A DNA stretch of 63,997 bases, filler included, from Collodictyon triciliatum (lineage: Eukaryota): the NCBI GenBank assembly GCA_043381765.1. It is 5 parts of 5 records of this genome, joined end to end, with 100 filler letters (N's around TTAATTAATTAA, not from the genome) between each part and the next. Parts side by side here need not be neighbours in the genome. Positions count along the whole stretch, not along the records: positions 38,690 to 51,479 come from JBHJMP010002101.1; positions 51,580 to 63,997 come from JBHJMP010002172.1; 3 more parts are not named here. One strand, written 5' to 3'. The notes below the pieces were generated by a model that saw only the letters and a program-made list of their open reading frames with translations, had not been told where the DNA came from and made no database searches. Shown one piece after another: positions 47,007 through 63,997 of this stretch; the stretch's first letter is position 1, and every line of letters starts with the position of its first letter. The position numbers and the translations under genes were made by a program.

Positions 47007-50000
47007 TCAGAACGGGAAGGTCAAGTAGAATCGGCCGACAATGGCGTTGAATCGCTCGTTGGTCATATCCACAGTAAACCCAAAGTATCCTTCCATCCAA
47101 CCTATGTTGCAGTATGTCGTTGTAAATAGTAAATCTTTTCGAGCTGCGTTGTAACTGTGGTTTAAAGAGAAAGAGTGAAATATAAATATATTGCATGTAT
47201 CTTTCCTTTTCTTTTCAAATTTATATTTATATTTATATTTATATTTATATTTATATTTATATTTATATTTATATTTATATTTATATTTATATTTATATTT
47301 ATATTTATATTTATATTTATATTTATATTTATATTTATATTTATATTTATATTTATATTTATATTTATATTTATATTTATATTTATATTTATATTTATAT
47401 TTATATTTATATTTATATTTATATTTATATTTATATAATAACGCAGAAACCAGAGGGAGATGAAATCGGGCAGCAACTGGCATATTCAAACACTGTCCCA
47501 GGAGAGATTTTGGGGAAATGCCCTATTTGTTTCCGTACAATCATTTATAAACATAGCATTCAATAGCATGTGGTGGGCAAAATAAAATGAAAAATAATAC
47601 CGATTACTCCAGGTCCGTTCACGATTTCATTCTGTTTTAGTAGGTTGAACTGTTTTTAATCACACGATGTATATTGGACAACAGATGTAATCTAGATGAG
47701 GGCAACTATGCTATATTCGTATAACCAGAAGCCCATCTCGTTTGTTTCATTTCACAAAGTGTTTACTTGAGTCCCTCCACGATTAATCTCCCAGTGCCTG
47801 TTGACTAAGGTGCATGTGAGGGACGGGTCCTCATCATCATCCTTTTAAATTGAAAAAGAAGGGAGAGGACATTTCGTTATTTATTTATACAGATGATATG
47901 TATCTTCTTGACATATGAATTTATGTAGGCTGATACCCTCTTCCAGAGGAATGCATATCTTTTAAAATAAATGGATAAAACACGAGTACTCAAACGTACC
48001 ATGGATATGGATATTTGGTACGCAAAGAGATATTGAGACCGGTTACCCATAATGTAACTGTCAGAAATTAATTCAGTTAGTAGGTTGCAGTGAATAGTTA
48101 TTATTTTATTGTCAAACTTATGCATGTTCGATTGTTCACATATTACTTTAACTTTTATAAGCGTTTTTTATAAGCGTTTTAACAATTTATGAGTATTTTC
48201 ATTCTTAAATTTGCTTCAAAGAATTTTTTTCTTTATTCGATTCGAGTTTACTTCGAAGAATATGCTTTTATAAGTATTCATCATTCAATATATGAAAACA
48301 AAAAAAATGCTTTGTAGGCTTAACAGTTGATTTCAAAAAGTATTTGTGATACACACCTTTCCTGGGGAACGAAACGAACAGATGTTGCTACTCTCACTCC
48401 TAGGATAAAAGTATAACCAATTATGTGCTCGCTGCACTTTGAATCGAATAAAGGGGAAAAAATAGCCAATTATGTGCATTGACATATACATATAGCCGAT
48501 TTAGGCCAATTCTTGATCTCAATTTTAGTATAATAACAAGCTTCATCAACATATGGCACTTAGGAATGAATTTTCCGCGTTACCGTTTGTGACTGTGGCC
48601 TCTCCATAGGGAGGCCAAAGAGAAATCTGAGAGTTCCTGAACGAGTAAAATCCTGATACGATTTTTTCAGCGTAATCGGCCTATGAATCCATACTTCATA
48701 AATATATACCACAAAAAAATATGTAAATATGTCCCCATAATGTGATGGGAATCTAGCAACGTGGTCATATATCTGAAAACAGCACGACCATTCAGAGAAA
48801 AAGTGTTGAAATTGTCATTATGATATCTGTGTTGAATTCGTAATATTATTACAAGGTAATCAGAGAAAGTTTGGGCTATCACAATTCTTCTTCTTCCTCG
48901 AGAAGCTGAGTACACCATCTACGTTATAACTGTTACCTTCCATAATATGAATGGGGAATACACGATTTAGATCGCTTTCTAGAAGAGGAGTGAGCTACTC
49001 ACTTGTCTAGGTAAAATCCCATCGTATGGCTTGGTAAAGGTAATTATGGCAGTACCAGAACGTTTGCAGAAAAACAGAGGTAGGACTCCGTGTTCTAGAT
49101 TTAAGAAAGAGAATTTTTTTTATTCTTCCTTTCAATTTTGTGCAGGATGGCGGAGATGTTGACTTAAGAAAGAGAATTTATTATCCGTACTTTATTGATG
49201 ATGTTACCACATGTCCTTGATATATTATGTATATCTCCAATATTTCATGATATAAGAAAGCATAATAAAGATACAATCAACACTTATAAAAGAAAATGTG
49301 TGACCTTTCAATTGAGGACCTGTGCGCGATAGAATTCCCTTTTGTGAGAGTAATGATAATCAGGTATTCTAGAAGGTTGCAAACAAGGGAATATAAATTT
49401 ATGTAAATATTTATATATTACCTGGACACTTAAAATTTCCATGCATTCTCCTTGGTCGTAAAAAGAGAATTCCCCAAAAATACCAGGAATTGCCTCATCG
49501 CTGTTGGCATGTGTAAAATGGCATTACAATCACCCGAATGCAATTAAAAAAAGTTCAGTACTCTATTATATCTGTGGTTTTTGTTGTTGTTTTTTACTTT
49601 GGTTCCTCGCCATTAAAAAGGGACAGCGAAAAAAGTATATCTTCAGGAATTTGTCCGGAATATTCTTGTTTTAACCTGAGCACATGTTGAAAAAAAAAGT
49701 TTCCAAAATTTTAACATTATACAATCTATTTAACCTTTTCTATCAATTAACAGCGAAAATAAACACAGACAAAAAAGAGGAAATTGATTTACTACAAGAG
49801 AATTGGTTTTCTTCGGTTATTTATTCATGCTTTTAAAGTCATAATAACGTTACACTTTCTCATTATTTGAATATTTTCATATATGATCAATACTTTATCA
49901 GATCCTCTTCCCTAGCACCGCTCTTAAGGAATATCAAAGCCTTATTTTCAATACAATTTTTTTTTCAAAAGTAATATTAGTAAATCTCGTTCTGCAAGAT

Positions 50001-51392
50001 AAATAAGGAAAGTTTATTATAATGTGATGTTTCAACGTTTTACTTGTGGGCATCTATCTTTGAGAAAAGGAACTAAGCGCTCCCAAGATGTGTAGATTGC
50101 TCTCAAAGCTGGTGACTTGCTGAAATATGTGAATTTTAATTTGGCGCAACCCAGAAAGATCAATCTTTGAAATTGATATTATTTTATCGAAAGGGAAAAT
50201 GATACTTTGTTTATAATGATTATTGTAGGAATCGAATAAAGGAAAAAATAATTATTATTGTAGGTATTATCTGGCATATGGGCGCTTTTAATTTTGATTT
50301 AATTTATATTTACATTTACATTTACATTTTATTTTTATTTTTATTTTTATTTTTATTTTTATTTTTATTTTTATTTTTATTTTTATTTTTATTTTTATTT
50401 TTATTTTTATTTTTATTTTTATTTTTATCTACCACAAAATTCTTAAATATAACAATATACTGTTGATTTAAATTCCTGATATAAAAAGACTAGCTGTGGA
50501 ATGTTAAGATGACCTAGATATGTTGGACAGGCGCAAGTATTCCATGGCGCGTTTTTTGTGGTTGAATTCCTCTATTTCATAGACGCAAGGGGACTGCTGC
50601 TCCATCGAAAGGACCAGATAAATGATAGAGCAAAAGGAGAAAACCTTATTAAATCGCAAGCAATGCACTCCTTCTTATTTTCTGAATATTAAATAAGGAA
50701 TATCAGGATTTATTATATTGGAACTGCCTTACGTCGATGCAATCCCTTTGATAAGTGTATGATAAAAATGAATCATCGCACATCTTCTTCCATAGCCTGC
50801 AAGGATATTCAATAAGTAAATGGCAGCATTATTCTTTATATATATATATATATATATCGGTTAGCATCAAAGTGTTTAAAAAATATACCCCAAATCAGCA
50901 AATAAAAAGGAAAAAGGAGTCAGATAAAACTGGCGGTGAATATTTGCATATTTTATAATAGTATCCATATGTTTTTAAATTACTAATTGATTATAAAGCC
51001 ACCTCCAATTTCTTGTCGTCTGTGCCCAACTTTTGCACACGTGAGATACTTGAAGCAAAGATTGAGAGTCCAAAAAACGGAACACCGCCGTCAGGACCTC
51101 GTCGGGAAGCTCGAGTCTGCAAAATCAAGGGGAGATGGGAATAAGCCTCCGTTACATAAAACTCTGAGCACATCAATACAGGAGCTTTACGAATCTAAAC
51201 ATAGAGGCACGATTCCAACCCAAAGCAAGAATTCGCCTCAGTTGCCCATAGTTTAGTTTTTTTTTTTTTCACCCCCACACATATACATATATAATAAGTA
51301 ACTTAATAAATAGATAGATGAACTAAATAAACATGAAATAAGTAAAAAAAAACAAGAGCCTGAATTAACTGGAAAACTCACATGGAAGCCAT
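47007..51392 (-). CDS. FBXO3: F-box + SMI1/KNR4 + ApaG protein (FBXO3/SKIP16 family)
   Basis: F-box [16 protein letters not shown]...VSHVCKSW...LWKKMC. SMI1/KNR4-like [15 protein letters not shown]...[10 protein letters not shown]...[14 protein letters not shown]. Apa[10 protein letters not shown]...[10 protein letters not shown]...[25 protein letters not shown]...GWMEGYF. The first coding exon is only 11 nt (51382-51392). Confidence 0.88.
47218..47436. repeat. (TTTATA)n in the last FBXO3 intron
   Basis: Direct reading. Confidence 0.95.
48210..48261 (-). mobile_element. Ultra-short retroposon tail, family 1, 15-bp TSD (13/15 identical)
   Basis: Minus strand: attcttcgaagtaaa [ctcgaatcgaataaagaaaaaa] attctttgaagcaaa. 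Confidence 0.7.
48413..48477 (+). mobile_element. Ultra-short retroposon tail, family 1, 16-bp TSD (15/16 identical)
   Basis: ataaccaattatgtgc [tcgctgcactttgaatcgaataaaggggaaaaa] atagccaattatgtgc. Confidence 0.85.
49101..49179 (-). mobile_element. Short retroposon tail, family 2, perfect 16-bp TSD
   Basis: TSD ttaagaaagagaattt at 49101-49116 and 49164-49179. The insert on the minus strand is gtcaacatctccgccatcctgcacaaaattgaaaggaagaataaaaa. Confidence 0.75.
50213..50264 (+). mobile_element. Ultra-short retroposon tail, family 1, 17-bp TSD (16/17 identical)
   Basis: ataatgattattgtagg [aatcgaataaaggaaaaa] ataattattattgtagg. Confidence 0.8.
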
Positions 51393-51413
51393 GACTTGAA
51401 GCCCTCTCCTTTT

Positions 51414-51479
<66 letters not shown>

Positions 51480-51579
51480 NNNNNNNNNNNNNNNNNNNNN
51501 NNNNNNNNNNNNNNNNNNNNNNNTTAATTAATTAANNNNNNNNNNNNNNNNNNNNNNNNNNNNNNNNNNNNNNNNNNNN
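51480..51579. other. Artificial scaffold spacer
   Basis: N44-TTAATTAATTAA (51524-51535)-N44. Confidence 0.97.
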
Positions 51580-51616
<37 letters not shown>

Positions 51617-51697
51617 AAAAAAAAACAAAAAAAAACAAAAAAAAAACACAAAACAATAAATCATAAATAATAAACATTTTACCTTCAATCTCAAGTC

Positions 51698-54600
51698 ATG
51701 CAACAGATGCAGCACAGAGGCAGACAGAGCAGCCACACCCAACGCACTCTCCCACCACATGAAAAGCACAGAAGGGACAGCAACGACGAAAACAACACCC
51801 CACAGCACAACGCACCCGCAGGCCTTCGCCAATCGGCGCTTTACGCCACAGGCAACAGAGCCCGCACAAAGCACACCTCCCCACTTCGAGAGAGACACAC
51901 ACCCAAGAAACTTGTAGATAACACCTCTGAAGACGCCCATTCAAATGACCAACCACACACAAAGTCACAAGCCAGCAAAGCCAGCCCACCAAACTGCAGA
52001 GGTATCCACAGCACAGAGGCATCGATGCGTGCATTTGGTTACGGATTCGTGGGTGATTCTCACAAGACACATCGTCTCAACGATATTCTCACCAGCTCAG
52101 ACTCGATGCATCTTGCGCCTCTTCTGGTTAACCCGCAAGATGCCGATAAAGATTGCGGAGAGTCTTTGTTTTGCATCTCTTGCGACTCGTCTGAGGCCTC
52201 CGATGTGCCTCATCAACAGTCCCATCTGCAGTATCCACCCGCGCCTTCTCTGGCTACTCCATGCGCGCAAGACTGCGTCTCTGAGTCAGAACTCTCATGC
52301 TCAGTCTATGTGCAAATCGAAGCCCTTGTTGTTTCAGATGCCCTGTCTACTGATTCTGCTGCAATCGAAAAGGAGTCGCCTGAAGCGATTGTTAGCTCGG
52401 AAGAAGCCGAAAAGTCGAGCCTGCATCCTCTTTGCAAAGCAGAGACCGCCTCAATAGCACCAGTCAGCGATGGAAAAAGAATGAATCCCCGCACTGATGT
52501 CATCACAGGTGTGATTACGTCTCCTGTGCGAACGGCGAATCAGAAGCCTCTGGACTTAGAGGAATGCATCCATGCGGCAAAGCGGGCTCTCGACTTAAAC
52601 GGAGCTGAGGATTTCTCCACTGACATCCATCACCCACCTCTGGTAACGGGAAGACAGAACGAAGTCCAACGTATCCATGACTTTTGGATTTCCCATTTGA
52701 CCCAACGCCGCTCGGGTGCCATGTATGTTTCTGGAAAGCCCGGCACAGGAAAGACTCTTGCCATGAACAGAGTCATGGATGCCGTTGGGTCATGGGTTTC
52801 TCAGGTGATTATCTGACCATTCATACATGCCAGAATTATAAATTCCTCTTTCTATAATTTTTTTTAAGGATAAGAAAAGTATGTTTCTGAATGCGTAATA
52901 AATTTGGGCATATTTATTTTTATGACAGAACCAACCCCATGAGCATATTGTTGTATATATAAATTGTCTTCGAGTCAATTCCAAGACCGCAGAAACCTTT
53001 TACAGCGACCTCATAAAAGCCTCCAACATCCCTATCCTTGGAAAACGACCCACCCAAGCAGAATCAAAGTATTTTTTCCGAGACCTGGTCAAGCAAACAG
53101 ATGGACCCATGGTGTAAGTTTTGAGCGACGAATGTCAAAAAAGAATGCAGCACAAATAATGCCACTACAATTTCGTCTATATGAATGTGATTTGATAGCA
53201 ACCCATGGTTTCTTCTATTTTTTTCATAGTTCTTTAATCGCAGACGAAATGGATGGCCTGTCTGGAAACATCCAACTCTTATACGAGCTCTTTGATATGG
53301 CATCACTGAAATCCTCTCACTTAGTATTAATTGGTCTGTGCTTTGATGACGATTTTTTAAATCATTTATAATAATGCGTTTGCAACACTTTGCATCATGT
53401 AATCCTCATCAAACATACGAATTTCTTGTTTAGCCACACTAGCATAACTACACAAAAATAGTCTGGATGTTTTTCACACCGCATAACATATGAACTCATT
53501 GACTATAACACGCTTGTATTCTATATCAGGTATTGCAAACAGTCTTGGTTTCACTGAGCAAGTTCTCCCAAATCTGAGAAAAAGAGAGAGTACTGCCTCC
53601 TTTTTAAAAAATAGACTCACTCTAACTGTAGTTTACTAAAATCAACTTCTGATCGATATATTTTTGCGTCATTTATCTTTTAGTGAATAGTATATACGAA
53701 TCCCCAATATGCATTCATCTTATAACAGTTTAAATTAATTACAAACAGTTTTGCCTGAACTTGTTCAGTACTCACCGTACGACAAAAATGCAATTATTAC
53801 GGTTCTTAAAGAACGCTTAAGATGTTTACCAAAGAAGTTTATCGATCCGTGTGCATTGGAGTTGTGTGCTGCTAAGGTTTTTGGATTTGCAGAATACGAA
53901 AAAATGGATAAATTATAGGCATTTAAAAAATTATCTCTTTTATTTGCTCTCACTAACATATATTCACCAAGATGAAATTAAGTGCGTGCAATTCGACAAT
54001 TTTGTTTATTTACGCTCTATTTACACACCAAAGGTCGCATCTCTTCATGGAGACATGAGAATAGCCCTTGATTTGTGCAGGTCATTGTCCAAACATGAAA
54101 ATGTGCATAATTTTGTTGCTTAGCACGGTGTTTGAAACTCTTTTTTTTTTTATTCTTATATAGAGGAGCCATTGAAGTTGCCGAAAGAGAGATATCTAAA
54201 CCGAACGCGAACAAAATATCCATAAATGAAAACACCTACGAGAGTATGAGCCCTGGAGAACCCTTCGTTGTCACCACACAACACATGCGCAAAATCCTGG
54301 TTGACTTTATGCCCAGCAACAACGAATCGCCAATATCGGGGCTCACCACACATCAAAAGCTTGTCTTGTGTGCGGCAACTAAGCTTATACTTGGAAGAAA
54401 AGGGAAGCGCAGCCCTGTGAATCTGGCGCAGGTGTGTTTATACAAGATGGACAGATAACTGCTATCCAAAATCTAGTGCTTCTTTCTCCTAATATTTACG
54501 CTAATGCAGCTCAAGAAGGGTTATCATGCGCTTTACTCCTCATTCCTCACTGTATCCGACATGTATGTACTAAATAAGTAATATCAACAAAAGAGGAGCT

Positions 54601-55011
54601 GTTTGCATTCTTTCCTCACTCTTGTCCTCTTTTTCTGATTTCACCAGACCATGCATTCTTGTTTTTTCTTTCACCTACATGGGTACTTAGCTATCAAATT
54701 CATTACTATTGTCTTTGTTGTTATATATTTCATCGGAAGATGTCCTTTTTATGTGATTTATTTATCTTTACGGAGAAGTGCATACATCTGCTCACACAAT
54801 CGCACACACAAATACACATAGAGACGAGCAGATGAGTTTCAACGAGATTTGGCAGATGATTCCTGTCCTGAAGGTGAGCGGAAAGGCCGGAGCAGATGCA
54901 AATCACCGTGCAGTGTCCTTTGCCTGCCCAGTGGGCGACATGGCTCGCTACTTGCAGTCCGAGGTGCTTTTTGCTGACATGCTGAACAGCAATATCGACT
55001 TACTGAAGTAG
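51698..55011 (+). CDS. CDC6: Cell division control protein 6 (replication licensing AAA+ ATPase)
   Basis: GRQNEV...SGAMYVSGKPGTGKT (Walker A), YINC, LIADEMDGL (Walker B), LVLIGIANSL, YSPYDKNAIITVLKERL, ALELCAAKVASLHGDMRIALDLCRGAIE. Long disordered N-terminal exon with S/T-P-x-K/R sites. Confidence 0.93.
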
Positions 55012-55359
55012 CTTCTGCTCTCCTTTTCCCCAACCAATCTACTCTCCTCCACCTTTTCGATAATCCATCTGTCAGGCCGCATCAATCTCGCGCACATGCT
55101 TTGTTTGTCGCTGCCTGAGTGGGTCACTGCTTGAGGAAAGCGTGTCTGCGTGGAGCGTAACAAACCCGGTTCCCTCTCTCTCTTTCCCTGATTTAGAAGA
55201 GCAATAAAACCCTCGCAGTATATGCCGCGGTGCGTTGTCGGTATCTGTGCTGCCAATAGTCTGTGTTCTGCCCACGCCCTGATATGCTGACAGTTTTCAA
55301 ATACAGCGAAGGTTGAATATACGACAAGGAAGAAAAAAAGAGACAAGGCGCCGGCTGAT

Positions 55360-56280
55360 ATGCTCTTTCTCGTTGTGTGGCTTCTCGTGCGTGTTGTCCG
55401 CTGCCTTTCGTGGATATCCCGTCCCTTTCTGTGGATCGGCCGCTGCTTCCTGACTCTGCTCATTTGGCTCATCCCAAACTTTCATTGGCTCATAACGCTC
55501 ATACTGGCGGTAAACCTCGCGCTTTCCTCGTCTCTCTACCTTTTTGCTCACTTCATCCCTGTTGCCACGATTCAACAAAGCCTCGTCCGTGATATTGCCG
55601 CGTCTGCTGCCGACAACGACCAGTGCGCTTTGTTTCACATTATCTCTGTGTGCTTTTCCATATCGATGTTTATATTCGCCAGTACTATATATCGAAACAC
55701 TTATGGTCTCCTAATCCAAGATACAGAAACCCGACTTATGTGGCCTCTTTTCCCACCGAACCTTCCCACCCGATTTTCTTTTGGAAAGCAAGAATCCCAA
55801 CCGAAGGCTACCTGTATGATGCACATGTAGAGCTGACTTTGCCAGAGTCCGAGTCTAACATCAATCTCGGTAAGGCTCTTGAAGCTCCTTTTATGTTTAT
55901 AATCATTTGCCAGCACTGCTTTTGGGTGATGGCATCTTTGACTTTGGCATATCGAATCCACATCTTCTTTTTGGTTTATATTCTTTTTTTTTTTAAAAAA
56001 AAAACATAATTTGTTTTGGAGTGACATCATTTTATATGTTGGAGAGTTTCGCGTTTTGCTACTTTGTTTTAATCTTTTATCACGACATACTTTGAAAAAT
56101 GTATTGATTACCATTGCAATTCATGGATTATTAAGGCATGTTTACGATACAACTGGAACTTCTCGATGTAAACAAAACAATAACTACTTCTGTGAAAAGA
56201 TCGGTGAGTAATTGCCAATGTGGTTGTAGAAGTTCTCAACTTTTTTTAAAATAATGATAATGATAATGATGATGATAGCG

Positions 56281-56378
<98 letters not shown>

Positions 56379-57254
56379 GTGTCTTGATTACTTTCATATT
56401 CTCCCAAAACTATATAAGTACATAACGAATTAATTTCATATCATGAAACGATATTGAGAAAAAAATCAGCGACGGTTGGTGGGTTATGTGGAACGTATCT
56501 GAATACAAGATTATGTATGCTTAGACAATGTTGCGATACAAACCGCCGTCTGTTCGAAGTTATGAGAATTTTATCCATTTTATTCCGGTTTACCTTGGGG
56601 CCATGAAACTTACACAGACTCTAAAAACGTCTCTAATTGAAGGGATTTCTACCGGGGTAAGGAAAGCACGTTGACATTACAAAGTATCTCTTATCGTGAG
56701 CTATACTTTTCGGATCATTTTATTATCCCAATGATTTTTCATGCTATCGCACACAAAAAAAACCTTTAACAGATTATCCAAATCGCCCACGCAAGAGTCA
56801 TCATACACTCGAAAGAGATTGAAGTTTACTCTGGACAAATCATTCTAGAGGCCCAAACGAGCGGGATAAGGTACTTTCCTTTGGTGTCATCATCCTTGTT
56901 TCTATTCTCATTAACTTTTCAACTCAAGCCACGCTCGATTTGGCTGAAGCCCACCTTCACATCTGCAGATACCTCCTAGCAAATTGGGCCTGGACATCGC
57001 AGATACTGCTTTTCTGGGTCTTGTTTTTGGGCTTCAGCATCGTTCTCTTTGGCCTTCGACTCATGCGGGGATTTCTTCTGAAGGCAGTGTGGTGGGGAGC
57101 GTCTAGCAAGGTCAGTATATACATTCTGTATCCAAGCTTGTTTTCATCTTTGCACCAGCCGCGTAAGGGCCTCTGCTTTTTTCCAAAGGCCAAGATTCTT
57201 GCGTGGATGTGTAACAAAGATGGATTTTCTGTCGCATGCCATTCAGGCGCATAG
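55360..57254 (+). CDS. BSCL2: Seipin (lipid droplet biogenesis; BSCL2/Sei1 family); 3' end uncertain
   Basis: N-terminal transmembrane segment, then YDAHVELTLPESESNINLGMFTIQL, RSTMLRYK, ARVIIHSKEIEVYSGQIILEAQTSGIRYLLANW, then a second transmembrane segment. These are the typical seipin luminal-domain motifs. Confidence 0.87.
56281..56376. repeat. (AAT)n, intronic; similar tracts at 11286-11383 and 60994-61096
   Basis: Direct reading. Confidence 0.95.
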
Positions 57255-57781
57255 ACACACTCTGTCGGTTCTGCTGAATCACAGTTGTCAGAGAAACTAA
57301 AGACCAATCTCGTGAGCAGGTGGATTCCATCACTCCAGCGACACAACCGACATCACAGTCTGCGTGGGTTTCGTTTTTTTGGTCGGTCTGGTCGATTGTC
57401 CGCTTCTTCCTCTAGGCCTCAATAACCATTATGTTCTCTCTCAATGCAATCCACACATGCCCCGTTTTTCTGCTAAATAATTTTCGTTCCTCTTTTTTTT
57501 TTTTTTTTTTATAAAAATAAACTAACCAGCAACATGGACAATCTCAATCCTAACCCTAACCTTAATAATAATAAAAATGATAATAATAACAATAATAATG
57601 ATAATAATAATAATACTCATCCGGCGACGTCTTATTATAGTGGTCACTAAGAAAAAGAAACGTGAGATAGCCCATATCATGACTTCTTTACAATCAGCAA
57701 TTCTCATCAAGATGGGGTTTGTAATGTGTCGAAAGCATCTGTTTTTCAAATGGAGTTTATCGAATCAAAGGCATGATTTAT

Positions 57782-61652
<3,871 letters not shown>

Positions 61653-63017
61653 CGAGAACGGGTGTGGTTGCTTGGGCTGTAGCGAAAAAATCCTCTTGAG
61701 ANNNNNNNNNNNNNNNNNNNNNNNNNNNNNNNNNNNNNNNNNNNNNNNNNNNNNNNNNNNNNNNNNNNNNNNNNNNNNNNNNNNNNNNNNNNNNNNNNNN
61801 NNNNNNNNNNNNNNNNNNNNNNNNNNNNNNNNNNNNNNNNNNNNNNNNNNNNNNNNNNNNNNNNNNNNNNNNNNNNNNNNNNNNNNNNNNNNNNNNNNNN
61901 NNNNNNNNNNNNNNNNNNNNNNNNNNNNNNNNNNNNNNNNNNNNNNNNNNNNNNNNNNNNNNNNNNNNNNNNNNNNNNNNNNNNNNNNNNNNNNNNNNNN
62001 NNNNNNNNNNNNNNNNNNNNNNNNNNNNNNNNNNNNNNNNNNNNNNNNNNNNNNNNNNNNNNNNNNNNNNAAAGCTTTCGCCAGGCGCGTTGGAGCCGGA
62101 TCGCAGGCTTCTGCCGTTTCCTGAGTTGCCATCAAGCGCGTTTCAAGAAGGCTTTCCGACTAAGAGGCTGAGATAGCTCGGACTTTTTCGACTCTTCTTA
62201 CTTTACGCATCACCATTATCACATTGCTTATGTAGTCAAAAGCCTAGACCACTTCTCTATGCTCCTTTTGCCCTTTCTTTTTCTTTTTTTTTCTTTCGAA
62301 TCTCTTCTGCAATGCTATTTGGCCGGCTTCAGCGAGCTAACACGACGCAAACACGCCTGAAGTGAGGCCATGAGACCTAATTGTCGAATGCCATGTGTAT
62401 AGGTGGGGACTTTATGGGAGACTGCAGCCGAATTATACCGTCCAAGGCCTCGACTTCCTCCCTGTCTTCGTTCTATAACTACGCGCAGGAGACTTTTGCC
62501 CCCGATGCCATTCCTCCCCGCTCTGTGCTGTTGCCTTTGATTCTGCGTCCTCGCCGAAAGCCGAAAAGGTTTGAGATTCTTGCAACGTACTCCTTTTTCT
62601 GTTCATTCCTCTTCTTTCCTTTTTGATAAGAGAGTTATGTCATCGGCGCGGCTTAAATGCGTGCATACAGCACGGATCTAATTAAGAGTCGGTATTTCTT
62701 GGTTAGAGCCACAGATATCCAGATTTTTGGGGGTTAGAAATAGACAAGCAGAGAAGCAGATAAGTAGAGAAGTAGAGAAGTAGAGAAGTAGAGAAGTAAA
62801 GAAGTAAAGAAGTAGATTATTAGAGAGAAGAAACATAGAGAATATGATTGAAAAAAGGATAGATATGAGAAACCAAGAGGTCAGTTAGTCTGTCTGCCCT
62901 CACAAACGACTAAAAGACAAACAAAGCTGTCCACAGGCGTATTTTTTGTTTTTGTTATAAACAGCAGCGCATCGCCACAAGCACCCCATTCAGCCCGAGC
63001 CTCGCTATCACCGTTGT

Positions 63018-63820
63018 ATGTCTCACACTCGCCACATCAACAGCGTATCTCCGCCTCTGGTGACAGACTCTCCGCCATCGTCTCCAAAGTTGGCACCTCT
63101 TCCACTGCCTTTACCTGAACCACCTTTGGAGTCTGTGAGTGATGAGAAGCCATCATCCAGTGGAAGTGTTGATCAAACCGTCAATAACAATCTCGACTCG
63201 CCCTCCTTGAACCCACAACCCCTCTCGGGCATCAATTCAACTCCCGCACCATGGACTGGATTTACAGACTCGTCAAAGCCAACAGAAATGGATTCGTTAA
63301 ACATTGACTCAAACCTCAAACTCCTTGCCTCACAAGTGATAGACATATCTGCAAATGACCAGTCCATTTTATCCACGCGTAATCATCACACCTTGTGATA
63401 TATCTTTGAATCATGTCCTCTTCAGTTCAAAAGCTCAGAAAGATATTGTCATCGTGAATATCTTTTTATTTGTAATTAAGTGTTCATTAGATTATGAACT
63501 GTGTAAGTTATATTTGAAATAATTTTGCTTGCATATCGTTGTAAATCAGCGCCTAGTAAGAAATATCGGAGAGACAATGACCATGGTTCTGACCTTCGTG
63601 AACCGCGCAGGGCATCTTCTTCACGAAGACGGACTATGTAATTATATTAAAGATGTGTTATTAGAAGCATGCTGCGCTGCCTGTCGGCATCAGTTTTTTG
63701 TTTATGTTTTTTTTTAAAAAAAATTCTTAGTAATCGACCAATTACTTCCTCTTGTGAATAAACGTTCAGTCGGTCTTCTACTGACGGATTTGATGCCCTC
63801 CTCAACGTTGTAACTGGCCA
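63018..63820 (+). CDS. Hypothetical protein, Pro/Ser-rich N-terminus followed by helical exons; partial
   Basis: ORF MSHTRHINSVSPPLV..., then GT-AG-bounded segments RLVRNIGETMTMVLTFVNRAGHLLHEDGL and IDQLLPLVNKRSVGLLL. No family recognised. Confidence 0.45.
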
Positions 63821-63883
63821 AAACTCGCGTGAGTCCCTTTTGTTATTCCTCATGACTTTGAACGATGTGAAACCTTTTGTTTG

Positions 63884-63997
63884 TAAGAAATAAAGAAATA
63901 AAGAAATAAAGAAATAAAGAAATAAAGAAATAAAGAAATAAAGAAATAAAGAAATAAAGAAATAAAGAAATAAAGAAATAAAGAAATAAAGAAATAA
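63884..63997. repeat. (AAGAAATA)n octamer running off the window
   Basis: Direct reading. Confidence 0.95.

Noticed and set aside
12864-51535. TTAATTAATTAA repeated every 12.9 kb as a biological periodic element
   Set aside because: Always embedded in exactly 44+44 Ns. It is an assembly linker.
57549-57564. cctaaccctaacctta telomere-like repeat
   Set aside because: Only about two units, internal to a scaffold.

Overview
Eukaryotic, AT-rich, intron-dense draft genome, probably a flagellated protist (inferred from CEP135/Bld10 and an ODF3/SHIPPO-like gene). The window is not one locus. It is five scaffold pieces of about 12.8 kb joined by artificial 100-nt N44-TTAATTAATTAA-N44 spacers, so adjacency across 12820-12919, 25709-25808, 38590-38689 and 51480-51579 carries no biological meaning. 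Spliced genes I reconstructed by hand: ADAT1, CEP135, two secreted Kelch-CUB proteins, tomosyn/Lgl, an ODF3-like protein, two tandem LRR paralogs, a TKL kinase C-terminus, a RAD51AP1-like protein, FBXO3/SKIP16, CDC6, seipin, PSMD5 and one unknown gene. Top finding: LRR gene B (31360-35077, minus) is built from 69-nt one-repeat exons. Its C-terminal linker appears to be spelled by nine single-codon (3-nt) micro-exons, each with canonical AG/GT and normal-sized introns, while the adjacent GC-rich paralog encodes the same region without introns. Second finding: a dispersed family of ultra-short (about 17-36 nt) retroposed tails with 15-19 bp target-site duplications in introns. All gene models come from manual reading with no RNA evidence or database search.
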